Source: the human T2T-CHM13v2.0 reference genome, Homo sapiens
DNA: 64,000 bases
Assembly: GCF_009914755.1 (NCBI RefSeq)
Contig: NC_060930.1
Direction: 5' to 3' (one strand)
This document shows positions 12,001 through 27,000 of this stretch, in pieces. A program made the position numbers and the translations under genes. Position 1 is the stretch's first letter, and every line of letters starts with the position of its first letter. Under the pieces are notes generated by a model, which did not search any database, was not told the origin of the DNA, and saw only the letters and a list, made by a program, of their open reading frames with translations.

Positions 12001-15000
12001 AGCCCACAGTAGAAAAGGAAATAACTTCACCTAAAACCTAGACAGAAGCAATCTCAGAAACTACTTTGTGATGTGTACATTCAACTCACAGAGTGGAACT
12101 TTCCTCTTTATAGAGCAGTGTTGAAACACTCTTTTTGTAGAAACTGCAAGTGGATATTTGGACCTCTTTGAGGCCTTCGTTGGAAACGGGATTTCTTCCT
12201 ATAACCCTAGACAGAAGAATTTTCAGAAACCTCATTGTGATGTGTGCGTTCATCTCACAGAGTGGAGTCTTCCGTTTGATAGACAAGTTTTGAAACCCTG
12301 TTCTTGTAGGATTTCCAAGTGGATATTTAGACCACTTTGAAGCCTATGATAGAAAAGGAAACATCTTCATGGAAAACATAGATAGAATCATCCTCAGAAA
12401 CAACTTTGTGATGTGTGCGTTGAACTCACCGTCTTTAACCTTTCTTTTGGTAGAGAAGTTTTGAAACACTCTCTTTGTAAAGTCTACAAGTGGATATTTT
12501 GAGCCCTTGGAGGCATTCTTTGGAAAAGGGAATGTCTTCACATAAAAGGCAGACGGAAGTGTTCTCAGAAACTGCTTTGTGATGTCTGTGTTCAACTCAC
12601 AGAGTTTAACATTTCCTTTGATAGAGCGGTTTAGTAACCCTCTCTTTGTAGAATTTGGAAGTGTATACTAAGAGCGCTTTGAGGCCTATGGTAGAAAAGG
12701 AAATATCTTTCCATAAAAGCTAGACAGAAGCAATCTCAGAAACTCCTTTGCGATGTCTGCATTCAACTCACCGAGTGGAACATTCCTCTTGAGAGAGCAG
12801 TTTGGAAACACTCTTTCTGTAGAATCAGCTTGTTTGTATTTGGACCTCCTTGAGGCCTTCGTTGGAAACGGGTTTTCATCTTATAAACCCAGACAGAAGA
12901 ATTCTCAGAGTCTTCTTTGTGATGTGTGCTTTCAACTCACCGAGATAAAGATTTCTCTTGATAGAGCAATTTGGAAACACTCTTTTTGTAGAATTTGCAA
13001 GGGTACATTGAGAGCGCTTTCAGGCCTATGGTAGAAAAGGGAATATCTTTCCATAAAAGGTAGACAGAAGCAATCTCAGAAACTACTTTGTGATGTGTGC
13101 ATTCAACTCACCGAGTGCAACGTTCCTCTTGACCGAGCAGTTTGGAAACATTGTTTCTGTAGAATCTGCAAGTGGATATTTGGACCTCTTTGAGGCCTTC
13201 GTTGGAAACGGGATTTCTTCCTATAAACCCAGACAGAAGAATTCTCAGAGACTTCTTTGTGATGTGTGAATTCAACTCACAGTGTGGATCCTTCCTTTTG
13301 ATAGAGCAGTTTTGAAACCCTGTTTTTGTAGTATTTCCAAGCGGATATTCGGAACGCCTTGAAGCGTATGGTAGAAAAGGAAATATCTTCCCATAAAACC
13401 TAGACAGAACCAATCTCAGAAACGACTTTGTGATGTCTGCATTCAAGTCACAGAGTTGAACATTTCTCTTGATAGAGCAGTTTTGAAACCCTCTTTCTGA
13501 AGGATCTGCAAGTGGATATTTGGAACTCCTTTGGGTCTTCGTTGGAAACGGGATTTCTTCGTATAAATCTAGACAGAAGAATTCTCCGAAACTTCTTTGG
13601 TTGTGTGCATTCAAGTCACAGAGTGGAACCTTCCTTTGGATAGAGCAGTTTGAAACGCCGTGGTTGTAGTATTTCCAAGCGGATATTAGAGCGCCTTGAG
13701 GCCTATGGTAGAAAAGGAAATATCTTCCCATAAAACCTAGACGGAAGCAATCTCAGAAACTACTGTGTGATGGCTGCATTCCACACACACGGTGGAACAT
13801 TTCTCTTGATAGAGCAGTTTTGAAACACTCTTTCTGTAGAATCTGCAAGTGGATAATTGGACCGCCTTGAGGCCTTCGTTGGAAACGGGATTTCTTCATG
13901 TTACTCTAGATAGAAGAATTCTCAAACACTGCTATGTGATGTTTGCATTCAAGTCACAGAGTGCAACATTCCTCTTGGTAGAGCAGTTGGGAAACACTCC
14001 TTTTGTAGAATCTGCAATGGGATATTTGGACTTCTTTGAGGCCTTCGTTGGAAACGGGATTTCTTCGTATGAATCTAGACAGAAGAATTCTCAGAAACTT
14101 CCTTGTGATGTGTGCATTCAACTCAGCGAGTGGCACCTTCCTTTGGATACAGCAGTTTTGAAACACTGTTTTTGTAGTATTTCCAAGCGGATATTTAGAG
14201 CGCCTTGAAGCCTATGCTAGAAATGGAAATATCTCCCCATAAAACCAAGACAGAAGCAATCTCAGAAACTAATGTGTGATGGCTGCATTCCACACACACG
14301 GTGGACCATTTCTCTTGATAGAGCAGTTTTGAAACACTCTTTCTGTAGAATCTGCAAGTGGATAATTGGACCTCCTAGAGGCCTTCGTTGGAAACGGGAT
14401 TTCTTCATCTAAACCTACAGAGAAGAATTCTCAGTAACTTCTTCGGATGTGTGCATTCGACGCACAGAATGGAACATTCCCTTTGATAGAGCAGTTTTGA
14501 GACACCGTTTTTGTAGAATTCCCAAGTGGATATTTAGAGCACTTTGAAGTCTCTGCTAGAAAAGGAAACATCTTCATGTAAAAAGTAGATAGAATCGTTC
14601 TCAGAAAGTGCTTAGTGACGTGTGCGTTCAACTCACAGAGTTTAACGTTTCTTTTGATAGAGCGTTTCTGAAACACCCTTCTTGTAGTAGCTGCAAGTGG
14701 ATATTTGGACCTATTGGAGGCCTTCTTTGGAAATGGGATTTCTTCATGTAACTCTAGATTGAAGAGTTCTCAGAAACTCCTTTGTGATGTGTGCATTCAA
14801 TTCAAAGAGTGAAACCTCCCTTTTCACAGAGCAGTTTTGAAACACTGTTTTTGTAGGATTTCCAAGGGGATATTTATAGCGCATTGAGCCTACGGCGGAA
14901 AAAGAAACATCTTCCTATAAAAACTAGACAGAATACTTCTCAGAATCTGCTTTGCGATGTGTGCGTTCAACTCACAGAGTAAAACTTTTCTTTTGATAGA

Positions 15001-18000
15001 GCAGTTTTGAAACACTCTTTTTGTAGTATTTGCATGTGTATATTTAGAGCGCATTGAAGCCCACAGTAGAAAAGGAAATAACTTCACCTAAAACCTAGAC
15101 AGAAGCAATCTCAGAAACTACTTTGTGATGTGTACATTCAACTCACAGAGTGGAACTTTCCTCTTTATAGAGCAGTGTTGAAACACTCTTTTTGTAGAAA
15201 CTGCAAGTGGATATTTGGACCTCTTTGAGGCCTTCGTTGGAAACGGGATTTCTTCCTATAACCCTAGACAGAAGAATTTTCAGAAACCTCATTGTGATGT
15301 GTGCGTTCATCTCACAGAGTGGAGTCTTCCGTTTGATAGAGAAGTTTTGAAACCCTGTTCTTGTAGGATTTCCAAGTGGATATTTAGACCACTTTGAAGC
15401 CTATGATAGAAAAGGAAACATCTTCATGGAAAACATAGATAGAATCATCCTCAGAAACAACTTTGTGATGTGTGCGTTGAACTCACCGTCTTTAACCTTT
15501 CTTTTGGTAGAGAAGTTTTGAAACACTCTCTTTGTAAAGTCTACAAGTGGATATTTTGAGCCCTTGGAGGCATTCTTTGGAAAAGGGAATGTCTTCACAT
15601 AAAAGGCAGACGGAAGTGTTCTCAGAAACTGCTTTGTGATGTCTGTGTTCAACTCACAGAGTTTAACATTTCCTTTGATAGAGCGGTTTAGTAACCCTCT
15701 CTTTGTAGAATTTGGAAGTGTATACTAAGAGCGCTTTGAGGCCTATGGTAGAAAAGGAAATATCTTTCCATAAAAGCTAGACAGAAGCAATCTCAGAAAC
15801 TCCTTTGCGATGTCTGCATTCAACTCACCGAGTGGAACATTCCTCTTGAGAGAGCAGTTTGGAAACACTCTTTCTGTAGAATCAGCTTGTTTGTATTTGG
15901 ACCTCCTTGAGGCCTTCGTTGGAAACGGGTTTTCATCTTATAAACCCAGACAGAAGAATTCTCAGAGTCTTCTTTGTGATGTGTGCTTTCAACTCACCGA
16001 GATAAAGATTTCTCTTGATAGAGCAATTTGGAAACACTCTTTTTGTAGAATTTGCAAGGGTACATTGAGAGCGCTTTCAGGCCTATGGTAGAAAAGGGAA
16101 TATCTTTCCATAAAAGGTAGACAGAAGCAATCTCAGAAACTACTTTGTGATGTGTGCATTCAACTCACCGAGTGCAACGTTCCTCTTGACCGAGCAGTTT
16201 GGAAACATTGTTTCTGTAGAATCTGCAAGTGGATATTTGGACCTCTTTGAGGCCTTCGTTGGAAACGGGATTTCTTCCTATAAACCCAGACAGAAGAATT
16301 CTCAGAGACTTCTTTGTGATGTGTGAATTCAACTCACAGTGTGGATCCTTCCTTTTGATAGAGCAGTTTTGAAACCCTGTTTTTGTAGTATTTCCAAGCG
16401 GATATTTGGAACGCCTTGAAGCGTATGGTAGAAAAGGAAATATCTTCCCATAAAACCTAGACAGAACCAATCTCAGAAACGACTTTGTGATGTCTGCATT
16501 CAAGTCACAGAGTTGAACATTTCTCTTGATAGAGCAGTTTTGAAACCCTCTTTCTGAAGGATCTGCAAGTGGATATTTGGAACTCCTTTGGGTCTTCGTT
16601 GGAAACGGGATTTCTTCGTATAAATCTAGACAGAAGAATTCTCCGAAACTTCTTTGGTTGTGTGCATTCAAGTCACAGAGTGGAACCTTCCTTTGGATAG
16701 AGCAGTTTGAAACGCCGTGGTTGTAGTATTTCCAAGCGGATATTAGAGCGCCTTGAGGCCTATGGTAGAAAAGGAAATATCTTCCCATAAAACCTAGACG
16801 GAAGCAATCTCAGAAACTACTGTGTGATGGCTGCATTCCACACACACGGTGGAACATTTCTCTTGATAGAGCAGTTTTGAAACACTCTTTCTGTAGAATC
16901 TGCAAGTGGATAATTGGACCGCCTTGAGGCCTTCGTTGGAAACGGGATTTCTTCATGTTACTCTAGATAGAAGAATTCTCAAACACTGCTATGTGATGTT
17001 TGCATTCAAGTCACAGAGTGCAACATTCCTCTTGGTAGAGCAGTTGGGAAACACTCCTTTTGTAGAATCTGCAATGGGATATTTGGACTTCTTTGAGGCC
17101 TTCGTTGGAAACGGGATTTCTTCGTATGAATCTAGACAGAAGAATTCTCAGAAACTTCCTTGTGATGTGTGCATTCAACTCAGCGAGTGGCACCTTCCTT
17201 TGGATACAGCAGTTTTGAAACACTGTTTTTGTAGTATTTCCAAGCGGATATTTAGAGCGCCTTGAAGCCTATGCTAGAAATGGAAATATCTCCCCATAAA
17301 ACCAAGACAGAAGCAATCTCAGAAACTAATGTGTGATGGCTGCATTCCACACACACGGTGGACCATTTCTCTTGATAGAGCAGTTTTGAAACACTCTTTC
17401 TGTAGAATCTGCAAGTGGATAATTGGACCTCCTAGAGGCCTTCGTTGGAAACGGGATTTCTTCATCTAAACCTACAGAGAAGAATTCTCAGTAACTTCTT
17501 CGGATGTGTGCATTCGACGCACAGAATGGAACATTCCCTTTGATAGAGCAGTTTTGAGACACCGTTTTTGTAGAATTCCCAAGTGGATATTTAGAGCACT
17601 TTGAAGTCTCTGCTAGAAAAGGAAACATCTTCATGTAAAAAGTAGATAGAATCGTTCTCAGAAAGTGCTTAGTGACGTGTGCGTTCAACTCACAGAGTTT
17701 AACGTTTCTTTTGATAGAGCGTTTCTGAAACACCCTTCTTGTAGTAGCTGCAAGTGGATATTTGGACCTATTGGAGGCCTTCTTTGGAAATGGGATTTCT
17801 TCATGTAACTCTAGATTGAAGAGTTCTCAGAAACTCCTTTGTGATGTGTGCATTCAATTCAAAGAGTGAAACCTCCCTTTTCACAGAGCAGTTTTGAAAC
17901 ACTGTTTTTGTAGGATTTCCAAGGGGATATTTATAGCGCATTGAGCCTACGGCGGAAAAAGAAACATCTTCCTATAAAAACTAGACAGAATACTTCTCAG

Positions 18001-21000
18001 AATCTGCTTTGCGATGTGTGCGTTCAACTCACAGAGTAAAACTTTTCTTTTGATAGAGCAGTTTTGAAACACTCTTTTTGTAGTATTTGCATGTGTATAT
18101 TTAGAGCGCATTGAAGCCCACAGTAGAAAAGGAAATAACTTCACCTAAAACCTAGACAGAAGCAATCTCAGAAACTACTTTGTGATGTGTACATTCAACT
18201 CACAGAGTGGAACTTTCCTCTTTATAGAGCAGTGTTGAAACACTCTTTTTGTAGAAACTGCAAGTGGATATTTGGACCTCTTTGAGGCCTTCGTTGGAAA
18301 CGGGATTTCTTCCTATAACCCTAGACAGAAGAATTTTCAGAAACCTCATTGTGATGTGTGCGTTCATCTCACAGAGTGGAGTCTTCCGTTTGATAGAGAA
18401 GTTTTGAAACCCTGTTCTTGTAGGATTTCCAAGTGGATATTTAGACCACTTTGAAGCCTATGATAGAAAAGGAAACATCTTCATGGAAAACATAGATAGA
18501 ATCATCCTCAGAAACAACTTTGTGATGTGTGCGTTGAACTCACCGTCTTTAACCTTTCTTTTGGTAGAGAAGTTTTGAAACACTCTCTTTGTAAAGTCTA
18601 CAAGTGGATATTTTGTGCCCTTGGAGGCATTCTTTGGAAAAGGGAATGTCTTCACATAAAAGGCAGACGGAAGTGTTCTCAGAAACTGCTTTGTGATGTC
18701 TGTGTTCAACTCACAGAGTTTAACATTTCCTTTGATAGAGCGGTTTAGTAACCCTCTCTTTGTAGAATTTGGAAGTGTATACTAAGAGCGCTTTGAGGCC
18801 TATGGTAGAAAAGGAAATATCTTTCCATAAAAGCTAGACAGAAGCAATCTCAGAAACTCCTTTGCGATGTCTGCATTCAACTCACCGAGTGGAACATTCC
18901 TCTTGAGAGAGCAGTTTGGAAACACTCTTTCTGTAGAATCAGCTTGTTTGTATTTGGACCTCCTTGAGGCCTTCGTTGGAAACGGGTTTTCATCTTATAA
19001 ACCCAGACAGAAGAATTCTCAGAGTCTTCTTTGTGATGTGTGCTTTCAACTCACCGAGATAAAGATTTCTCTTGATAGAGCAATTTGGAAACACTCTTTT
19101 TGTAGAATTTGCAAGGGTACATTGAGAGCGCTTTCAGGCCTATGGTAGAAAAGGGAATATCTTTCCATAAAAGGTAGACAGAAGCAATCTCAGAAACTAC
19201 TTTGTGATGTGTGCATTCAACTCACCGAGTGCAACGTTCCTCTTGACTGAGCAGTTTGGAAACATTGTTTCTGTAGAATCTGCAAGTGGATATTTGGACC
19301 TCTTTGAGGCCTTCGTTGGAAACGGGATTTCTTCCTATAAACCCAGACAGAAGAATTCTCAGAGACTTCTTTGTGATGTGTGAATTCAACTCACAGTGTG
19401 GATCCTTCCTTTTGATAGAGCAGTTTTGAAACCCTGTTTTTGTAGTATTTCCAAGCGGATATTTGGAACGCCTTGAAGCGTATGGTAGAAAAGGAAATAT
19501 CTTCCCATAAAACCTAGACAGAACCAATCTCAGAAACGACTTTGTGATGTCTGCATTCAAGTCACAGAGTTGAACATTTCTCTTGATAGAGCAGTTTTGA
19601 AACCCTCTTTCTGAAGGATCTGCAAGTGGATATTTGGAACTCCTTTGGGTCTTCGTTGGAAACGGGATTTCTTCGTATAAATCTAGACAGAAGAATTCTC
19701 CGAAACTTCTTTGGTTGTGTGCATTCAAGTCACAGAGTGGAACCTTCCTTTGGATAGAGCAGTTTGAAACGCCGTGGTTGTAGTATTTCCAAGCGGATAT
19801 TAGAGCGCCTTGAGGCCTATGGTAGAAAAGGAAATATCTTCCCATAAAACCTAGACGGAAGCAATCTCAGAAACTACTGTGTGATGGCTGCATTCCACAC
19901 ACACGGTGGAACATTTCTCTTGATAGAGCAGTTTTGAAACACTCTTTCTGTAGAATCTGCAAGTGGATAATTGGACCGCCTTGAGGCCTTCGTTGGAAAC
20001 GGGATTTCTTCATGTTACTCTAGATAGAAGAATTCTCAAACACTGCTATGTGATGTTTGCATTCAAGTCACAGAGTGCAACATTCCTCTTGGTAGAGCAG
20101 TTGGGAAACACTCCTTTTGTAGAATCTGCAATGGGATATTTGGACTTCTTTGAGGCCTTCGTTGGAAACGGGATTTCTTCGTATGAATCTAGACAGAAGA
20201 ATTCTCAGAAACTTCCTTGTGATGTGTGCATTCAACTCAGCGAGTGGCACCTTCCTTTGGATACAGCAGTTTTGAAACACTGTTTTTGTAGTATTTCCAA
20301 GCGGATATTTAGAGCGCCTTGAAGCCTATGCTAGAAATGGAAATATCTCCCCATAAAACCAAGACAGAAGCAATCTCAGAAACTAATGTGTGATGGCTGC
20401 ATTCCACACACACGGTGGACCATTTCTCTTGATAGAGCAGTTTTGAAACACTCTTTCTGTAGAATCTGCAAGTGGATAATTGGACCTCCTAGAGGCCTTC
20501 GTTGGAAACGGGATTTCTTCATCTAAACCTACAGAGAAGAATTCTCAGTAACTTCTTCGGATGTGTGCATTCGACGCACAGAATGGAACATTCCCTTTGA
20601 TAGAGCAGTTTTGAGACACCGTTTTTGTAGAATTCCCAAGTGGATATTTAGAGCACTTTGAAGTCTCTGCTAGAAAAGGAAACATCTTCATGTAAAAAGT
20701 AGATAGAATCGTTCTCAGAAAGTGCTTAGTGACGTGTGCGTTCAACTCACAGAGTTTAACGTTTCTTTTGATAGAGCGTTTCTGAAACACCCTTCTTGTA
20801 GTAGCTGCAAGTGGATATTTGGACCTATTGGAGGCCTTCTTTGGAAATGGGATTTCTTCATGTAACTCTAGATTGAAGAGTTCTCAGAAACTCCTTTGTG
20901 ATGTGTGCATTCAATTCAAAGAGTGAAACCTCCCTTTTCACAGAGCAGTTTTGAAACACTGTTTTTGTAGGATTTCCAAGGGGATATTTATAGCGCATTG

Positions 21001-24000
21001 AGCCTACGGCGGAAAAAGAAACATCTTCCTATAAAAACTAGACAGAATACTTCTCAGAATCTGCTTTGCGATGTGTGCGTTCAACTCACAGAGTAAAACT
21101 TTTCTTTTGATAGAGCAGTTTTGAAACACTCTTTTTGTAGTATTTGCATGTGTATATTTAGAGCGCATTGAAGCCCACAGTAGAAAAGGAAATAACTTCA
21201 CCTAAAACCTAGACAGAAGCAATCTCAGAAACTACTTTGTGATGTGTACATTCAACTCACAGAGTGGAACTTTCCTCTTTATAGAGCAGTGTTGAAACAC
21301 TCTTTTTGTAGAAACTGCAAGTGGATATTTGGACCTCTTTGAGGCCTTCGTTGGAAACGGGATTTCTTCCTATAACCCTAGACAGAAGAATTTTCAGAAA
21401 CCTCATTGTGATGTGTGCGTTCATCTCACAGAGTGGAGTCTTCCGTTTGATAGAGAAGTTTTGAAACCCTGTTCTTGTAGGATTTCCAAGTGGATATTTA
21501 GACCACTTTGAAGCCTATGATAGAAAAGGAAACATCTTCATGGAAAACATAGATAGAATCATCCTCAGAAACAACTTTGTGATGTGTGCGTTGAACTCAC
21601 CGTCTTTAACCTTTCTTTTGGTAGAGAAGTTTTGAAACACTCTCTTTGTAAAGTCTACAAGTGGATATTTTGAGCCCTTGGAGGCATTCTTTGGAAAAGG
21701 GAATGTCTTCACATAAAAGGCAGACGGAAGTGTTCTCAGAAACTGCTTTGTGATGTCTGTGTTCAACTCACAGAGTTTAACATTTCCTTTGATAGAGCGG
21801 TTTAGTAACCCTCTCTTTGTAGAATTTGGAAGTGTATACTAAGAGCGCTTTGAGGCCTATGGTAGAAAAGGAAATATCTTTCCATAAAAGCTAGACAGAA
21901 GCAATCTCAGAAACTCCTTTGCGATGTCTGCATTCAACTCACCGAGTGGAACATTCCTCTTGAGAGAGCAGTTTGGAAACACTCTTTCTGTAGAATCAGC
22001 TTGTTTGTATTTGGACCTCCTTGAGGCCTTCGTTGGAAACGGGTTTTCATCTTATAAACCCAGACAGAAGAATTCTCAGAGTCTTCTTTGTGATGTGTGC
22101 TTTCAACTCACCGAGATAAAGATTTCTCTTGATAGAGCAATTTGGAAACACTCTTTTTGTAGAATTTGCAAGGGTACATTGAGAGCGCTTTCAGGCCTAT
22201 GGTAGAAAAGGGAATATCTTTCCATAAAAGGTAGACAGAAGCAATCTCAGAAACTACTTTGTGATGTGTGCATTCAACTCACCGAGTGCAACGTTCCTCT
22301 TGACCGAGCAGTTTGGAAACATTGTTTCTGTAGAATCTGCAAGTGGATATTTGGACCTCTTTGAGGCCTTCGTTGGAAACGGGATTTCTTCCTATAAACC
22401 CAGACAGAAGAATTCTCAGAGACTTCTTTGTGATGTGTGAATTCAACTCACAGTGTGGATCCTTCCTTTTGATAGAGCAGTTTTGAAACCCTGTTTTTGT
22501 AGTATTTCCAAGCGGATATTCGGAACGCCTTGAAGCGTATGGTAGAAAAGGAAATATCTTCCCATAAAACCTAGACAGAACCAATCTCAGAAACGACTTT
22601 GTGATGTCTGCATTCAAGTCACAGAGTTGAACATTTCTCTTGATAGAGCAGTTTTGAAACCCTCTTTCTGAAGGATCTGCAAGTGGATATTTGGAACTCC
22701 TTTGGGTCTTCGTTGGAAACGGGATTTCTTCGTATAAATCTAGACAGAAGAATTCTCCGAAACTTCTTTGGTTGTGTGCATTCAAGTCACAGAGTGGAAC
22801 CTTCCTTTGGATAGAGCAGTTTGAAACGCCGTGGTTGTAGTATTTCCAAGCGGATATTAGAGCGCCTTGAGGCCTATGGTAGAAAAGGAAATATCTTCCC
22901 ATAAAACCTAGACGGAAGCAATCTCAGAAACTACTGTGTGATGGCTGCATTCCACACACACGGTGGAACATTTCTCTTGATAGAGCAGTTTTGAAACACT
23001 CTTTCTGTAGAATCTGCAAGTGGATAATTGGACCGCCTTGAGGCCTTCGTTGGAAACGGGATTTCTTCATGTTACTCTAGATAGAAGAATTCTCAAACAC
23101 TGCTATGTGATGTTTGCATTCAAGTCACAGAGTGCAACATTCCTCTTGGTAGAGCAGTTGGGAAACACTCCTTTTGTAGAATCTGCAATGGGATATTTGG
23201 ACTTCTTTGAGGCCTTCGTTGGAAACGGGATTTCTTCGTATGAATCTAGACAGAAGAATTCTCAGAAACTTCCTTGTGATGTGTGCATTCAACTCAGCGA
23301 GTGGCACCTTCCTTTGGATACAGCAGTTTTGAAACACTGTTTTTGTAGTATTTCCAAGCGGATATTTAGAGCGCCTTGAAGCCTATGCTAGAAATGGAAA
23401 TATCTCCCCATAAAACCAAGACAGAAGCAATCTCAGAAACTAATGTGTGATGGCTGCATTCCACACACACGGTGGACCATTTCTCTTGATAGAGCAGTTT
23501 TGAAACACTCTTTCTGTAGAATCTGCAAGTGGATAATTGGACCTCCTAGAGGCCTTCGTTGGAAACGGGATTTCTTCATCTAAACCTACAGAGAAGAATT
23601 CTCAGTAACTTCTTCGGATGTGTGCATTCGACGCACAGAATGGAACATTCCCTTTGATAGAGCAGTTTTGAGACACCGTTTTTGTAGAATTCCCAAGTGG
23701 ATATTTAGAGCACTTTGAAGTCTCTGCTAGAAAAGGAAACATCTTCATGTAAAAAGTAGATAGAATCGTTCTCAGAAAGTGCTTAGTGACGTGTGCGTTC
23801 AACTCACAGAGTTTAACGTTTCTTTTGATAGAGCGTTTCTGAAACACCCTTCTTGTAGTAGCTGCAAGTGGATATTTGGACCTATTGGAGGCCTTCTTTG
23901 GAAATGGGATTTCTTCATGTAACTCTAGATTGAAGAGTTCTCAGAAACTCCTTTGTGATGTGTGCATTCAATTCAAAGAGTGAAACCTCCCTTTTCACAG

Positions 24001-27000
24001 AGCAGTTTTGAAACACTGTTTTTGTAGGATTTCCAAGGGGATATTTATAGCGCATTGAGCCTACGGCGGAAAAAGAAACATCTTCCTATAAAAACTAGAC
24101 AGAATACTTCTCAGAATCTGCTTTGCGATGTGTGCGTTCAACTCACAGAGTAAAACTTTTCTTTTGATAGAGCAGTTTTGAAACACTCTTTTTGTAGTAT
24201 TTGCATGTGTATATTTAGAGCGCATTGAAGCCCACAGTAGAAAAGGAAATAACTTCACCTAAAACCTAGACAGAAGCAATCTCAGAAACTACTTTGTGAT
24301 GTGTACATTCAACTCACAGAGTGGAACTTTCCTCTTTATAGAGCAGTGTTGAAACACTCTTTTTGTAGAAACTGCAAGTGGATATTTGGACCTCTTTGAG
24401 GCCTTCGTTGGAAACGGGATTTCTTCCTATAACCCTAGACAGAAGAATTTTCAGAAACCTCATTGTGATGTGTGCGTTCATCTCACAGAGTGGAGTCTTC
24501 CGTTTGATAGAGAAGTTTTGAAACCCTGTTCTTGTAGGATTTCCAAGTGGATATTTAGACCACTTTGAAGCCTATGATAGAAAAGGAAACATCTTCATGG
24601 AAAACATAGATAGAATCATCCTCAGAAACAACTTTGTGATGTGTGCGTTGAACTCACCGTCTTTAACCTTTCTTTTGGTAGAGAAGTTTTGAAACACTCT
24701 CTTTGTAAAGTCTACAAGTGGATATTTTGAGCCCTTGGAGGCATTCTTTGGAAAAGGGAATGTCTTCACATAAAAGGCAGACGGAAGTGTTCTCAGAAAC
24801 TGCTTTGTGATGTCTGTGTTCAACTCACAGAGTTTAACATTTCCTTTGATAGAGCGGTTTAGTAACCCTCTCTTTGTAGAATTTGGAAGTGTATACTAAG
24901 AGCGCTTTGAGGCCTATGGTAGAAAAGGAAATATCTTTCCATAAAAGCTAGACAGAAGCAATCTCAGAAACTCCTTTGCGATGTCTGCATTCAACTCACC
25001 GAGTGGAACATTCCTCTTGAGAGAGCAGTTTGGAAACACTCTTTCTGTAGAATCAGCTTGTTTGTATTTGGACCTCCTTGAGGCCTTCGTTGGAAACGGG
25101 TTTTCATCTTATAAACCCAGACAGAAGAATTCTCAGAGTCTTCTTTGTGATGTGTGCTTTCAACTCACCGAGATAAAGATTTCTCTTGATAGAGCAATTT
25201 GGAAACACTCTTTTTGTAGAATTTGCAAGGGTACATTGAGAGCGCTTTCAGGCCTATGGTAGAAAAGGGAATATCTTTCCATAAAAGGTAGACAGAAGCA
25301 ATCTCAGAAACTACTTTGTGATGTGTGCATTCAACTCACCGAGTGCAACGTTCCTCTTGACTGAGCAGTTTGGAAACATTGTTTCTGTAGAATCTGCAAG
25401 TGGATATTTGGACCTCTTTGAGGCCTTCGTTGGAAACGGGATTTCTTCCTATAAACCCAGACAGAAGAATTCTCAGAGACTTCTTTGTGATGTGTGAATT
25501 CAACTCACAGTGTGGATCCTTCCTTTTGATAGAGCAGTTTTGAAACCCTGTTTTTGTAGTATTTCCAAGCGGATATTTGGAACGCCTTGAAGCGTATGGT
25601 AGAAAAGGAAATATCTTCCCATAAAACCTAGACAGAACCAATCTCAGAAACGACTTTGTGATGTCTGCATTCAAGTCACAGAGTTGAACATTTCTCTTGA
25701 TAGAGCAGTTTTGAAACCCTCTTTCTGAAGGATCTGCAAGTGGATATTTGGAACTCCTTTGGGTCTTCGTTGGAAACGGGATTTCTTCGTATAAATCTAG
25801 ACAGAAGAATTCTCCGAAACTTCTTTGGTTGTGTGCATTCAAGTCACAGAGTGGAACCTTCCTTTGGATAGAGCAGTTTGAAACGCCGTGGTTGTAGTAT
25901 TTCCAAGCGGATATTAGAGCGCCTTGAGGCCTATGGTAGAAAAGGAAATATCTTCCCATAAAACCTAGACGGAAGCAATCTCAGAAACTACTGTGTGATG
26001 GCTGCATTCCACACACACGGTGGAACATTTCTCTTGATAGAGCAGTTTTGAAACACTCTTTCTGTAGAATCTGCAAGTGGATAATTGGACCGCCTTGAGG
26101 CCTTCGTTGGAAACGGGATTTCTTCATGTTACTCTAGATAGAAGAATTCTCAAACACTGCTATGTGATGTTTGCATTCAAGTCACAGAGTGCAACATTCC
26201 TCTTGGTAGAGCAGTTGGGAAACACTCCTTTTGTAGAATCTGCAATGGGATATTTGGACTTCTTTGAGGCCTTCGTTGGAAACGGGATTTCTTCGTATGA
26301 ATCTAGACAGAAGAATTCTCAGAAACTTCCTTGTGATGTGTGCATTCAACTCAGCGAGTGGCACCTTCCTTTGGATACAGCAGTTTTGAAACACTGTTTT
26401 TGTAGTATTTCCAAGCGGATATTTAGAGCGCCTTGAAGCCTATGCTAGAAATGGAAATATCTCCCCATAAAACCAAGACAGAAGCAATCTCAGAAACTAA
26501 TGTGTGATGGCTGCATTCCACACACACGGTGGACCATTTCTCTTGATAGAGCAGTTTTGAAACACTCTTTCTGTAGAATCTGCAAGTGGATAATTGGACC
26601 TCCTAGAGGCCTTCGTTGGAAACGGGATTTCTTCATCTAAACCTACAGAGAAGAATTCTCAGTAACTTCTTCGGATGTGTGCATTCGACGCACAGAATGG
26701 AACATTCCCTTTGATAGAGCAGTTTTGAGACACCGTTTTTGTAGAATTCCCAAGTGGATATTTAGAGCACTTTGAAGTCTCTGCTAGAAAAGGAAACATC
26801 TTCATGTAAAAAGTAGATAGAATCGTTCTCAGAAAGTGCTTAGTGACGTGTGCGTTCAACTCACAGAGTTTAACGTTTCTTTTGATAGAGCGTTTCTGAA
26901 ACACCCTTCTTGTAGTAGCTGCAAGTGGATATTTGGACCTATTGGAGGCCTTCTTTGGAAATGGGATTTCTTCATGTAACTCTAGATTGAAGAGTTCTCA

